Source: Tetramitus jugosus
Lineage: Eukaryota > Protista > Heterolobosea
DNA: 64,000 nt
Reading direction: 5' to 3'
Assembly (NCBI GenBank): GCA_937625935.1
Contig: OW569347.1
Coordinates: 496,001 to 560,000, forward strand
The position numbers and the translations under genes are program-made. How positions within the stretch are numbered: position 1 is the stretch's first letter; every line of letters starts with the position of its first letter. The notes below the pieces were generated by a model that worked only from the letters and a program-made list of their open reading frames with translations, did no database searches and had not been told where the DNA came from. Of this stretch, positions 45,209 to 54,549 are shown piece after piece.

Positions 45209-46249
45209 ATGGGTATTACTCAGAGCATCACTGAAGATGACCAGTATCGAGGCTTGGAGTATGATGAAGAAGATGACTCCCACAATGCAGCACGCTCTCT
45301 CAACTCATCCTACACTGTCAGCATGACACCAGCACGCACCCGCCCTTCCAACTCAAAAACTCCGCTCATACTCGATGGACCTAAATCACCGACGAGCTCC
45401 AACAACTCGGCTTCTTTTTCTACGAGTACGAGTGGTGCCAACTCACCCACTACACCCACATCCAGCACCTCATTCAACGCAGAGTACTATTTGGAACACA
45501 GTGTCGATGTGGACAATGATACTGTAGCGGGATTGTGTCTGCGATACGACATTGACAGACGAGAGACAATTAATTCAGTGCACAGCAGTTCAAAGATTAC
45601 TGGTGATGGTGGATTGAATGACTTGTTCCATATCGAAGCACTGTTTGTTCCCGTTCAATTCAAAAATGTGGGCAATGTAATATCTTATTTAAATCGTGCA
45701 TCCAATAACAACAATAATAATAATAATAATACGATGAACAAAAACTTGTCATCGGGTAGTGGAAGCAACAGTGGAACACTTGCAAAGAAACAACAGCAAC
45801 AACAAGTTGTTGAATCCGATATGACCAACATTAGTGACAGTGTCCTTTCACTGTTTCATGACGAGGTAATCAGTGTGAATTCTAGTAGAACAAACACGGA
45901 ACAACGAGAAATGATTCTTCATGAGTTCTATGCACCTGAGATGACACCGAGAATGATTCAGTGTAACAACATTGTACAACTGGAGTGGATATCGACTGAT
46001 TCATTGAGAGGAAAATTCTCGATTGGTGTCAATCTTTTCCATACGGAGATGGCTGCTCGCATTCAACAAACAATGAAGATTAGAGAGAATACGATAACGG
46101 ATGGATTTTTGGTGTATGAGAAGAATAGAGTGATGCCCACTTTTTTCACAACCAAGAACAACCCTCAATTCTTTGAAGTCATTTCTCAGTTATTGTCCTC
46201 CATGAACATTCAAGTCAGAAACAATGTGAACACATTAACTTTCCGGTGA
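45209..46249 (+). CDS. Putatively N-myristoylated protein with LysM-like domain
   Basis: MGITQS; EHSVDVDNDTVAGLCLRYDI resembles LysM. Confidence 0.65.
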   Translation: MGITQSITEDDQYRGLEYDEEDDSHNAARSLNSSYTVSMTPARTRPSNSKTPLILDGPKSPTSSNNSASFSTSTSGANSPTTPTSSTSFNAEYYLEHSVDVDNDTVAGLCLRYDIDRRETINSVHSSSKITGDGGLNDLFHIEALFVPVQFKNVGNVISYLNRASNNNNNNNNNTMNKNLSSGSGSNSGTLAKKQQQQQVVESDMTNISDSVLSLFHDEVISVNSSRTNTEQREMILHEFYAPEMTPRMIQCNNIVQLEWISTDSLRGKFSIGVNLFHTEMAARIQQTMKIRENTITDGFLVYEKNRVMPTFFTTKNNPQFFEVISQLLSSMNIQVRNNVNTLTFR

Positions 46250-46427
46250 AGAACCCAGTTGCATGCATACGATATGAGATGATTCCATCATCCAATAAAC
46301 CCCAATTTTGTCCCTTTCAGAGATATCTACCATTACACGGTTCAACAGATTCCTCAACCGGAGAATATTCACAAGCTGAAAAAACAAACAAAATCAAATA
46401 GCATTCCACACATTCATTTCTGAAAGT

Positions 46428-46925
46428 ATGACATCTGGAGGAACAGACACTCATCATCACAAGAAGCACTCTGTCCTATTCGTGTGTCTAGGTAACATTT
46501 GTCGAAGTCCCATGGCCGAAATTATCTTTACAAAGATGATTCAAGACGCAAAGTTGGAACATCATTGGCACATTGACTCTGCAGGCACAGCAGCCTATCA
46601 CTGTGGCGACCAACCAGACGGTAGGACATTGTCCACTTGTGAAAAGAACTTGGGAGTTCGTGGACATCACCTAAAGGCACGTCAGCTCACCAAGAAGGAC
46701 TTTAAGGAATTTGAGTACATTCTGTGCATGGACCAGAGCAACTTGTCAAACATTAAGAGAGTCACACCGGAGAAGGCAACAGCTATTGTGAAGCTTCTAG
46801 GATCATATGATCCTGAGAAGGTCATGGAAGTGGATGATCCATACTATGGTGGACGAGATGGCTTCGAGAAGATTTTTGTTCAGATTACGCGGGCATTGAA
46901 ACAGTTCCTGCAGGAGAATCCCTGA
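46428..46925 (+). CDS. ACP1: Low-molecular-weight protein tyrosine phosphatase
   Basis: VLFVCLGNICRSPMAE, DSAGT, DDPYYG. Confidence 0.97.
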   Translation: MTSGGTDTHHHKKHSVLFVCLGNICRSPMAEIIFTKMIQDAKLEHHWHIDSAGTAAYHCGDQPDGRTLSTCEKNLGVRGHHLKARQLTKKDFKEFEYILCMDQSNLSNIKRVTPEKATAIVKLLGSYDPEKVMEVDDPYYGGRDGFEKIFVQITRALKQFLQENP

Positions 46926-47441
46926 ACACACAATAAAACAAGTATGCTGTGAGCATGACCAAAAAGAAGTAGCCAAAAACCCACACTGCATGTACAATTG
47001 AATCATGGCTTTGGCAAGAAGCCATTTCCTATCCTACCAGCTGAACGCCAGTGGTACATGACCTTTGATTTCGATGACCTGTATTTCGATATGAACCACT
47101 TTAGTTCTTTGGTGCTTGCTTGCCAAACTGATGAGGCCGAAGGAAATGAGAGTAATGAAATTCCCGAGTGATGACGGGAGGGATGAGGAAGAAAACTTGG
47201 AGGCAAAAAACGATGAGATCATAGACGAGGCGGGATTTAAAGTTATTCATTTCGAGGAGGATGGCGATAGACAATGTACTACAAAATTGAACGCGCTTCA
47301 ACAATCCGTAAATCTCCCTTTGCCGCTCAAAAAGCTCCTCCGATCGTGCAAACAGATTTCCAATTTGTGATCGCCCATGGAACACTAACAACAACAATAA
47401 GCAACCAACAAAAAAAAACATCCTGATCAAAAACAAAAAAC

Positions 47442-48860
47442 ATGCCAGTCCTAGAGCACAGCACCAACAACAGTGACCTACGTGAACACTTTTTCCAATA
47501 CACCAACAATCTGACCAAGACCAACACTGCCATCTTCATTCAAGGTGGTCAATCCGCTCTCAGAACACCAACTGCCGACACGGATGCAGTCTTTCGTCAG
47601 GAGAGTCACTTTTACTATCTGACTGGTTGTTTGGAACCTGATTGCTTTGCTTTGATTCACTTGGAAAGTCGTCAATTTGCCTTGTTTGTCCCTCGATATG
47701 GTGATGAGTATGCATTGTGGTGTGGTGAATACCCAGAGAAGCAAGATTTCAAGAACAAGTTGAATGCAAATGTGGTAGAGTACAATGATGATGCTCAAGC
47801 ATTTGTTCAATTGTTGCTCAATGAGTGGAAAGTTGAAAAAGTGTACACTTTGGAGCACTCTGAGCAATCATTCAAGAATTTGATTGCAAAATCGGCATCT
47901 TCAGAGAACAAGATTGAGATGCAATCTTCGAGAGATCTCTATTTGGCACTCAAGGATGCTCGATTGATCAAATTGGAGCGTGAAATTGAACAGTTGAGAA
48001 TCATTGGAAAGGTGGCTGCTGATGCACATTCTGCCATTATGAAGAATGCACGATCTGGAATGAACGAGGGTGAACTGGAGAGCTATTTCTTGCAAGTTGT
48101 TGCTGCACGTGGATGCAAGAATTTGGCCTATTCTTCCATTGTGGCCGGTGATGACAGAGGAGCTACTCTGCACTATGTGAATAATGATCAAGTGTGTCAC
48201 GATGGTGGTTTGGTGTTGGTTGATGCTGGTGGTGAATCACGAACCATGTATGCCAGTGACATTACAAGAACATTCCCAATCAATGGCAAATTCACTGAAG
48301 ATCAAAAATTAATTTACAACTTGGTGCTCAAGGCTCAATTGGCAGTGTTGGATGCCATGAAGCCTGGTGTTGCCTGGGTTGACTTGCACAGATTGGCAAA
48401 CAAGATGATGACAGAAGACTTGTGGAAGGCTGGATTTTTGAAGGCTGACAACTTGCAAGAGTTGTTGGACAATCACATTGGTGCATTGTTCTTCCCTCAT
48501 GGTCTTGGCCATTCTCTTGGTTTGGACGTGCACGATCCTCCTAACAGAGACGGAAGCTTTAAGCAAATTGACGAGCCAGCAATTAGATACCTGAGAACCA
48601 GTGTCGTCTTGCAAAAGGGTATGGTAATGACTGTTGAGCCAGGATGTTACTTTATTCCTAGATTCTTGACTCGTGCTCTGAACGATGAGAAGCAGAGCAA
48701 GTACTTGGTCAAGGAAAAGATTGAGCAATTCTTGAAGTTTGGTGGTATCAGAATCGAAGATGATGTTGTTGTTACCGACAATGGAATTGAAATTCTGACT
48801 TCTGCTGTTCCAAAGACTGTTGAAGCTATTGAACAATTGATGGCATCTGGCAAGAACTAG
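47442..48860 (+). CDS. PEPD: Xaa-Pro dipeptidase (prolidase, M24B)
   Basis: FRQESHFYYLTG, YASDITRTFP, PHGLGHSLGLDVHD, TVEPGCYF, GGIRIEDD. Confidence 0.95.
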   Translation: MPVLEHSTNNSDLREHFFQYTNNLTKTNTAIFIQGGQSALRTPTADTDAVFRQESHFYYLTGCLEPDCFALIHLESRQFALFVPRYGDEYALWCGEYPEKQDFKNKLNANVVEYNDDAQAFVQLLLNEWKVEKVYTLEHSEQSFKNLIAKSASSENKIEMQSSRDLYLALKDARLIKLEREIEQLRIIGKVAADAHSAIMKNARSGMNEGELESYFLQVVAARGCKNLAYSSIVAGDDRGATLHYVNNDQVCHDGGLVLVDAGGESRTMYASDITRTFPINGKFTEDQKLIYNLVLKAQLAVLDAMKPGVAWVDLHRLANKMMTEDLWKAGFLKADNLQELLDNHIGALFFPHGLGHSLGLDVHDPPNRDGSFKQIDEPAIRYLRTSVVLQKGMVMTVEPGCYFIPRFLTRALNDEKQSKYLVKEKIEQFLKFGGIRIEDDVVVTDNGIEILTSAVPKTVEAIEQLMASGKN

Positions 48861-48897
48861 ATCAAGACTGAAATTCAATAAATAATATTTATGGTGA

Positions 48898-51800
48898 TCA
48901 CTTTGTCGTTGGAACTTCTTTGATCATGTAACATGGTACATTTCTCTCTTCAGAATGACTCTTCTTGGAGAGAATACAATTAGGATTACCTCTGCCACTG
49001 ACAAACTTGCATCGACTCGATTCAACAAGTGGAACATTCTTATAAAACACCTGAAGTGTATGCTTCAAAGATTTGCTCGCGTTCTGTGAAATATCGAACC
49101 GCAATGCCATGTACATGAAGTATTCGTGCTGGTTCTCTCCAATGAGACATTTAAACATTGTTTGCTTATCTATCAACACCTTCTCCCTATCCTCGTATTC
49201 AAAATTGTCACATCTTCTTGCCATGACAGCAAATTGGCCGTAATCAAATTGAATATTAGTGGGATCAATAACTCCTTGTTGTGCAACCAACAGGTCTATT
49301 GGAACTCGAAAATACAAGGCATATCGTATTCGGTTGTGACTTCCATTGTCATTCGTCCCCTTATTGCCTGATCGAATTACCAGTGTTCCTTGATCCGCTC
49401 CCATATAACTGGCTCGACCCAACATGCCGGCAGTCGGTGTCGGTGGCGTAGTTTGTTGATCTGGTATTATCATATTGGCCACCTCCCAGTAAAGACCGGT
49501 GGGACTGCTCTTGGCTCCTTTGTTAGGTTTCAGCTTCGTCAATGTCATAACCATATTCAATCGCTCTTGCACCAAATAATTGACAACATCAATCTGGCTC
49601 TGAGATGATGGAACCTTCCTCTTCATCGTATAGAAATACTTTTTCGATTCCACAGGCTCAGGCATCTGAAAGCGATAAAGACTAACTGCAGCTGCAAATG
49701 CATCATCATCTCCACCATTTTCTTCTGCATTTTCTTCACCATGATGATTGTGGTGATGAGAATGGTGAGAATGGTGATGATCACCGCTCTTCATGTCAGT
49801 CATTGTTGTCTCATGATGATCCAAATCAGTCCCTCGTCTCTCTCCAGTCATATTGACTGCACCACTGCCATCCTCACTGTACTGACTATGCACTTGACTG
49901 TTCGAATGATTCATCACTGCACCACTGGTAGCACTATTTGCACTCGTATTAGTAGCGGCAGAATTCTCAGACTCCAAATACTGCTGCATCCGACCATCCC
50001 GCAGGAACAACTCTGCCATGTAATCTCTCTCCCCTCGATGAATCACTGCAAAGTGATAACTATCGTAGCACGCATAGGGAGATATCGATGAATTCGTTAA
50101 TAGCTTTTGCAGCAAAACAACATGTCCATATCGTATCGCATGTTGAAGAGCCTTGACAGCCACAACATCATTATTCCTCACTTCAACTGTTCTATTTTTA
50201 GACCTGGAAACAGATGAAAAAAGCATGCGATGATAGGCAATCATGTGAAACAGCTTACTCGTCAACAAAATACCACCCACAGCATCCATTGGTGAAATAA
50301 ATGACAAAATTCGATAGAAGACTGAACTGTGTTGCGTACTAATCAGTGGAGCTAACAGTGCGTGTGATCTTTTTCTTGAAATTTCATCAAGTGAAGCAAC
50401 AGTTGGTTTCAACGATGACGAAGATGATGTTGAAGCATCAGTCTCTCGTTGTTGATGATGATAGAATGAACTTGTTGTTTCTCTTTGTTTCGTCCTTTGA
50501 GAGCTATTGCTATTACTATGATGATTGCTATTACTATTGTGACTGTGGTGAGGATGATGATGTGAGGAAGGGGATGATGATGACGAAGATTTGGTAGCTA
50601 AAGCCATCAATGCCTCACTTACATTGTGATTCTGACTAATGATACGAGTCATGTTGACTGGTTTGGGTGGAACAGTGAACTCTGGAACAGATGACAGCAC
50701 AAATGGTGGTGGTTGTTGCTTCTTGTTGTTGTTGTTGTTGTTCGCATGATGGATGACAAGAGGTGGATAAAGTTGATTTTTTGTCGTTGTATTTGATAAA
50801 GAGCTCAAGTGTTGTTGCTGCTGTTGATGTTGTTGGTGGTGATGATGATGATGACTGCTGCTACTATTGTTATTGTTGTTCATGTATTGAGGACTGTAGT
50901 TGGAAGTAGGTTGAGAAGGTGATTGCTGATGTGAGCTCACTGGAGCTGAATATTGCTGTTGTTGTTGTTGTTGTTGTTGTTGATAGAATGATGGTGATGA
51001 TGACATTGATGGCAATGAAGATGGGTGAGAATGAGAGCTGCTCTTGTTGTGATTGTATGGAGGAGGAATGTGAGATGGTGGTAGTGGTAGTTGTTGTTGT
51101 TGTTGTTGTTGATAATGATAGTGTGACTTGTTATCATTGCCATGTCTAATCATTTGAGGTGATTGTTGTTGAGTGTGATGGAGATGATGGTTGTAGGGAG
51201 GTGGTGAGTGCTGTGATTGAGCATAGGAATGGGCAGAAGCATGTTGTTGTTGGGAGTAATAGCTCTGCTGAGCATGAGATGATGGTGGAGGTGTATGATG
51301 ATAGGGCGGTGGAGGATGTGAAGATGGTCCTACGGGAGCTGAGCTTTGCTGCTGCTGCTGTTGTGACTGCTGTTGATTCCTCCGAACCAAGGGAGCCAAA
51401 GGAGGAGGTGGAATTTGGGCGTACTTGAATCGTTTCACCAAGGGAGGGCCTACCTCTGGTGATGATTCATGATGGTGGTAGTCATGCTGATAGGGCTGCT
51501 GCACTACGATATCATTCGTAGGGGAGTTTTGTTGGTGGGGGACTTGAGACTGCAACGCAGAAATTGGCGGCAAAGGGAAAAGAGAGTTGGAGTTGGCATG
51601 ATCCAAGGAACTGCCGTAAATTCGTCGGGGTGGCGGAGGAAATAAAGACGCTGAACTATGGGTATCATGAAACGGCATCGACCTTGGAACGTTCGAATGG
51701 GAATTACCAATGGGAATTCGTTGTTGTTGAGTCATGAGATGCTTGGGCAGTGGAGGCCTTATCTCTCCTCCTCCATGAGGCAGCTGTTGTTGTTGTGATG

Positions 51801-52074
51801 TTGATGACGATGGTGGTGAGTGATGAAAAGCTGTATGATACGAACGTTTGTTTTGTTCCGTTGTTGTTGCTACCACGGGTGGAGAGTCTGTTGAGCTAAT
51901 CGATGAAACCGAACTTGGACTATGGATCATATGTCGTTGATGTTGTTGTGGCGATGAAAGATATTGAGGTTGGTATTGATGTTGTTGTGGTTGTTGTTCG
52001 GATTGGTGATGGTGGTGCTCTTCTGTACTATTATCCGATGTTGTTGCTACTGCGGTTGTGGAAGTTCCTATCAT
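48898..52074 (-). CDS. Q/H/P-rich protein with F-box-like and ankyrin-like segments and a globular C-terminal domain
   Basis: 1058-aa ORF; VFYRILSFISPMD..LLTSKLFH (F-box-like); ALQHAIRYGHVVLLQKLL (ankyrin-like). Confidence 0.75.
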   Translation of the reverse strand: MIGTSTTAVATTSDNSTEEHHHHQSEQQPQQHQYQPQYLSSPQQHQRHMIHSPSSVSSISSTDSPPVVATTTEQNKRSYHTAFHHSPPSSSTSQQQQLPHGGGEIRPPLPKHLMTQQQRIPIGNSHSNVPRSMPFHDTHSSASLFPPPPRRIYGSSLDHANSNSLFPLPPISALQSQVPHQQNSPTNDIVVQQPYQHDYHHHESSPEVGPPLVKRFKYAQIPPPPLAPLVRRNQQQSQQQQQQSSAPVGPSSHPPPPYHHTPPPSSHAQQSYYSQQQHASAHSYAQSQHSPPPYNHHLHHTQQQSPQMIRHGNDNKSHYHYQQQQQQQLPLPPSHIPPPYNHNKSSSHSHPSSLPSMSSSPSFYQQQQQQQQQQYSAPVSSHQQSPSQPTSNYSPQYMNNNNNSSSSHHHHHHQQHQQQQQHLSSLSNTTTKNQLYPPLVIHHANNNNNNKKQQPPPFVLSSVPEFTVPPKPVNMTRIISQNHNVSEALMALATKSSSSSSPSSHHHPHHSHNSNSNHHSNSNSSQRTKQRETTSSFYHHQQRETDASTSSSSSLKPTVASLDEISRKRSHALLAPLISTQHSSVFYRILSFISPMDAVGGILLTSKLFHMIAYHRMLFSSVSRSKNRTVEVRNNDVVAVKALQHAIRYGHVVLLQKLLTNSSISPYACYDSYHFAVIHRGERDYMAELFLRDGRMQQYLESENSAATNTSANSATSGAVMNHSNSQVHSQYSEDGSGAVNMTGERRGTDLDHHETTMTDMKSGDHHHSHHSHHHNHHGEENAEENGGDDDAFAAAVSLYRFQMPEPVESKKYFYTMKRKVPSSQSQIDVVNYLVQERLNMVMTLTKLKPNKGAKSSPTGLYWEVANMIIPDQQTTPPTPTAGMLGRASYMGADQGTLVIRSGNKGTNDNGSHNRIRYALYFRVPIDLLVAQQGVIDPTNIQFDYGQFAVMARRCDNFEYEDREKVLIDKQTMFKCLIGENQHEYFMYMALRFDISQNASKSLKHTLQVFYKNVPLVESSRCKFVSGRGNPNCILSKKSHSEERNVPCYMIKEVPTTK

Positions 52075-52518
52075 TTGGATGGTGATATGGAATATTAGAT
52101 GTCAAAAAACGTCGTGAGAGGAATAAGGGAATCAATAATGAAATCGGTTGTTGACTTGACCACGTTATTTTGAGTGCAGTGTAGTGGTATGATGTTAAGT
52201 TGTGTTGTCGTCAAGATTTTTTGTGTGATGTGAGGGTTCTGTCCTCTTTATGAGTCTGCTTAGAGACTTGACTGGTGAATTGGCATCGTCCTCTTTGTAA
52301 AGGGAGTTCTCACTTCTCCCAAAAAATCAATACCGGATGTCCATCACATCACATTTCGACACTCTTTATAACAAAAAATAATACTCCGCATCGTATAACC
52401 GAATGTTGAACCATCTAATGGGAAAACTTCGGAGCTCATCGAGCGAAATCTCATCGGTGAAATCGAAAAAAATTAAGGAGAAAGGAATTCACAGAGAAAA
52501 AAGTAGAAGCACAAAATA

Positions 52519-53072
52519 ATGGTTCGATTTCCACGCATAGGCAACAGGGGATCCAAGATTGCATTGTACACGGGCTTCTCCACTCTCTTAATCATCAATG
52601 GTTTCATTCTCGTGCGAGCACTCAACGGTGATCCTATCAGTAAGTGTGAATATTCATTTTTTTGTGTTCTTATCGTTCTTTACTTTTTTTTTGACACGAC
52701 GGCTCAGAATTGGAGGGATTTGAGACCAAGGAGATTGGAAGAGAAACAGTGAGACAAGCGATTCGACCAGGCACGAGCTACGAAGATGTGAAGCGACGAT
52801 TGATTGAGAAGAAGAAGAGACAATTGATGGACAAGCAAGAACAAGAATCGGATTTGGATTTGAAGCAAATGGCAGAGACAACAAGCTTTGATTTTTGGAA
52901 TCAAAGTGATGATGACAAAGATGATGACAAAGATGATGACAATAACGAGAATGATGAAAACGGAAATGATGAGAATATGATTGCTTCTTTGAATGATGAA
53001 ATGAATCGCATGAATCAATTGTTTGAAGTGAAGATTAGACAAGCACCATCCATTGTTGCGAACAGGAAGTAA
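52519..53072 (+). CDS. Single-TM hypothetical protein; intron 52640-52707
   Basis: GTAAGT..CTCAG intron joins the two ORFs in frame. Confidence 0.7.
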
Positions 53073-53360
53073 GAATGTGAGAAATGTTGGTTGGAATATA
53101 TTGGTTTTCATTTTTGAACAATTCATTTGGGGTCAACAATCCATTCAGTGAGAGGAGCTTGTCGTTTTTGTTGATCAATAACGCTGCCTCACAAGATATC
53201 AACAATAATGAGGGAGTTGATTCCTGATATGTTGTCGGGTGGTGTGAATCATGGTGAGCTAACTATTTACAAAACCGGGGCTTCCCATTCACTTGAAACT
53301 TCGTACGATATGAATGAATATGATCAATAAATATTGGAGCTGCAAATCTGGCCAGTATTG

Positions 53361-53639
53361 CTATTGACTGCATTCTGAGCTTCCATCACAGAAAGGCATG
53401 TCACCACTGTTCTTGCAGCCACAGAGCCAAACTTCGACTTGATCACCTCTCTCAATTCCCTGGAATTGATCATCGACTGTGAACGGTATGGGATTGCACG
53501 TTGTTGCTAAGGATGACTGTTGAGTGACAGAGGGCGAGACAGATCGTTGAACTGTCGAACACAACAACGCCTCCTTGTGCTTACAAGTGCAATAGAGATA
53601 GGCAGCACCTTTCTTTAAAAAGATGGGAACGGAGGACAT
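53361..53639 (-). CDS. CDGSH-type iron-sulfur protein, variant
   Basis: WLCGCKNSGDMPFCDGSS; degenerate first repeat YLYCTCKH...LC. Confidence 0.75.
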   Translation of the reverse strand: MSSVPIFLKKGAAYLYCTCKHKEALLCSTVQRSVSPSVTQQSSLATTCNPIPFTVDDQFQGIERGDQVEVWLCGCKNSGDMPFCDGSSECSQ

Positions 53640-53741
53640 GCAAACGTTTTTGTTTGTTCTTGCTCAAAAAAAAGAAGGTAAAAATGAAGTGCATAGATAA
53701 AACGTTTACTAAAGTAAAACAACATCTCATCAACAACGAGC

Positions 53742-54353
53742 TTATCTCTTTCTGGAGAATCTGACGGTGTTGTATCTCTTCCAAGCAGCAGTCTGGGAAG
53801 GTCTGATCTTGGTGAATCCGTATCCCTTTCCGGTCAAACCTCTGCTTCTTCTACCAGCGGAAGTCTTACCTCTCATTTCTCTGTGCTTGTGCTTGGCGTT
53901 AGCGATCCAGTTGATGGAAGGGTCCATTCTGATAGCTTCGTGCATTGGATCGACAAAGACAACTTCGTACCACTTGTACTTGGCGTCTTGGTTAACCCAG
54001 TATGAAGACAACAATCTCAAAGCACCCAATCTCTTACCGGCTCTTGCTTCAGCAATGGTTTGCAGAGACTTCTTTTGGGTAACGTGGATACCTGCGGAAG
54101 CTGGCTTACCAGAAGGGTTACCACCTGGGTATGGTCTTTTTCTCATACCTCTCTTGACTCTGATTCTGTAAACAACGAATCCTTGCTTGGCCTTGTATCC
54201 CAATCTTCTGGCCTTTTCTGGTCTAGCTGGGTGGATGACACGGACCAAAGCTGGCAATTGTCTGTATTCCCATGCTCTAACACGGAGCAAGAATCTCAAA
54301 GCATCAGATTGCTTATTCTTGTAGAGTTCGTTCAAGTACTTGTATGCACCCAT
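53742..54353 (-). CDS. RPL15: 60S ribosomal protein L15 (eL15)
   Basis: [39 protein letters not shown]. Confidence 0.99.
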   Translation of the reverse strand: MGAYKYLNELYKNKQSDALRFLLRVRAWEYRQLPALVRVIHPARPEKARRLGYKAKQGFVVYRIRVKRGMRKRPYPGGNPSGKPASAGIHVTQKKSLQTIAEARAGKRLGALRLLSSYWVNQDAKYKWYEVVFVDPMHEAIRMDPSINWIANAKHKHREMRGKTSAGRRSRGLTGKGYGFTKIRPSQTAAWKRYNTVRFSRKR

Positions 54354-54549
54354 TGTCTATAAAGTTTTGGCTAGTGGTTGTGAAGTGTTTTGTTTTGTTT
54401 TGGTGTGTTACGTATTTTCGAAATTTTGATTGAGCGACTAGGTTGACTTCAACTGAAATATTGAAGGTTCAACGAAATGAAACGTCATCCATTTTTTTCA
54501 TGTCTGCTTCCTGGTTTTCAACTCTTGAAGTCTTCAAGGAGGAATGGCA

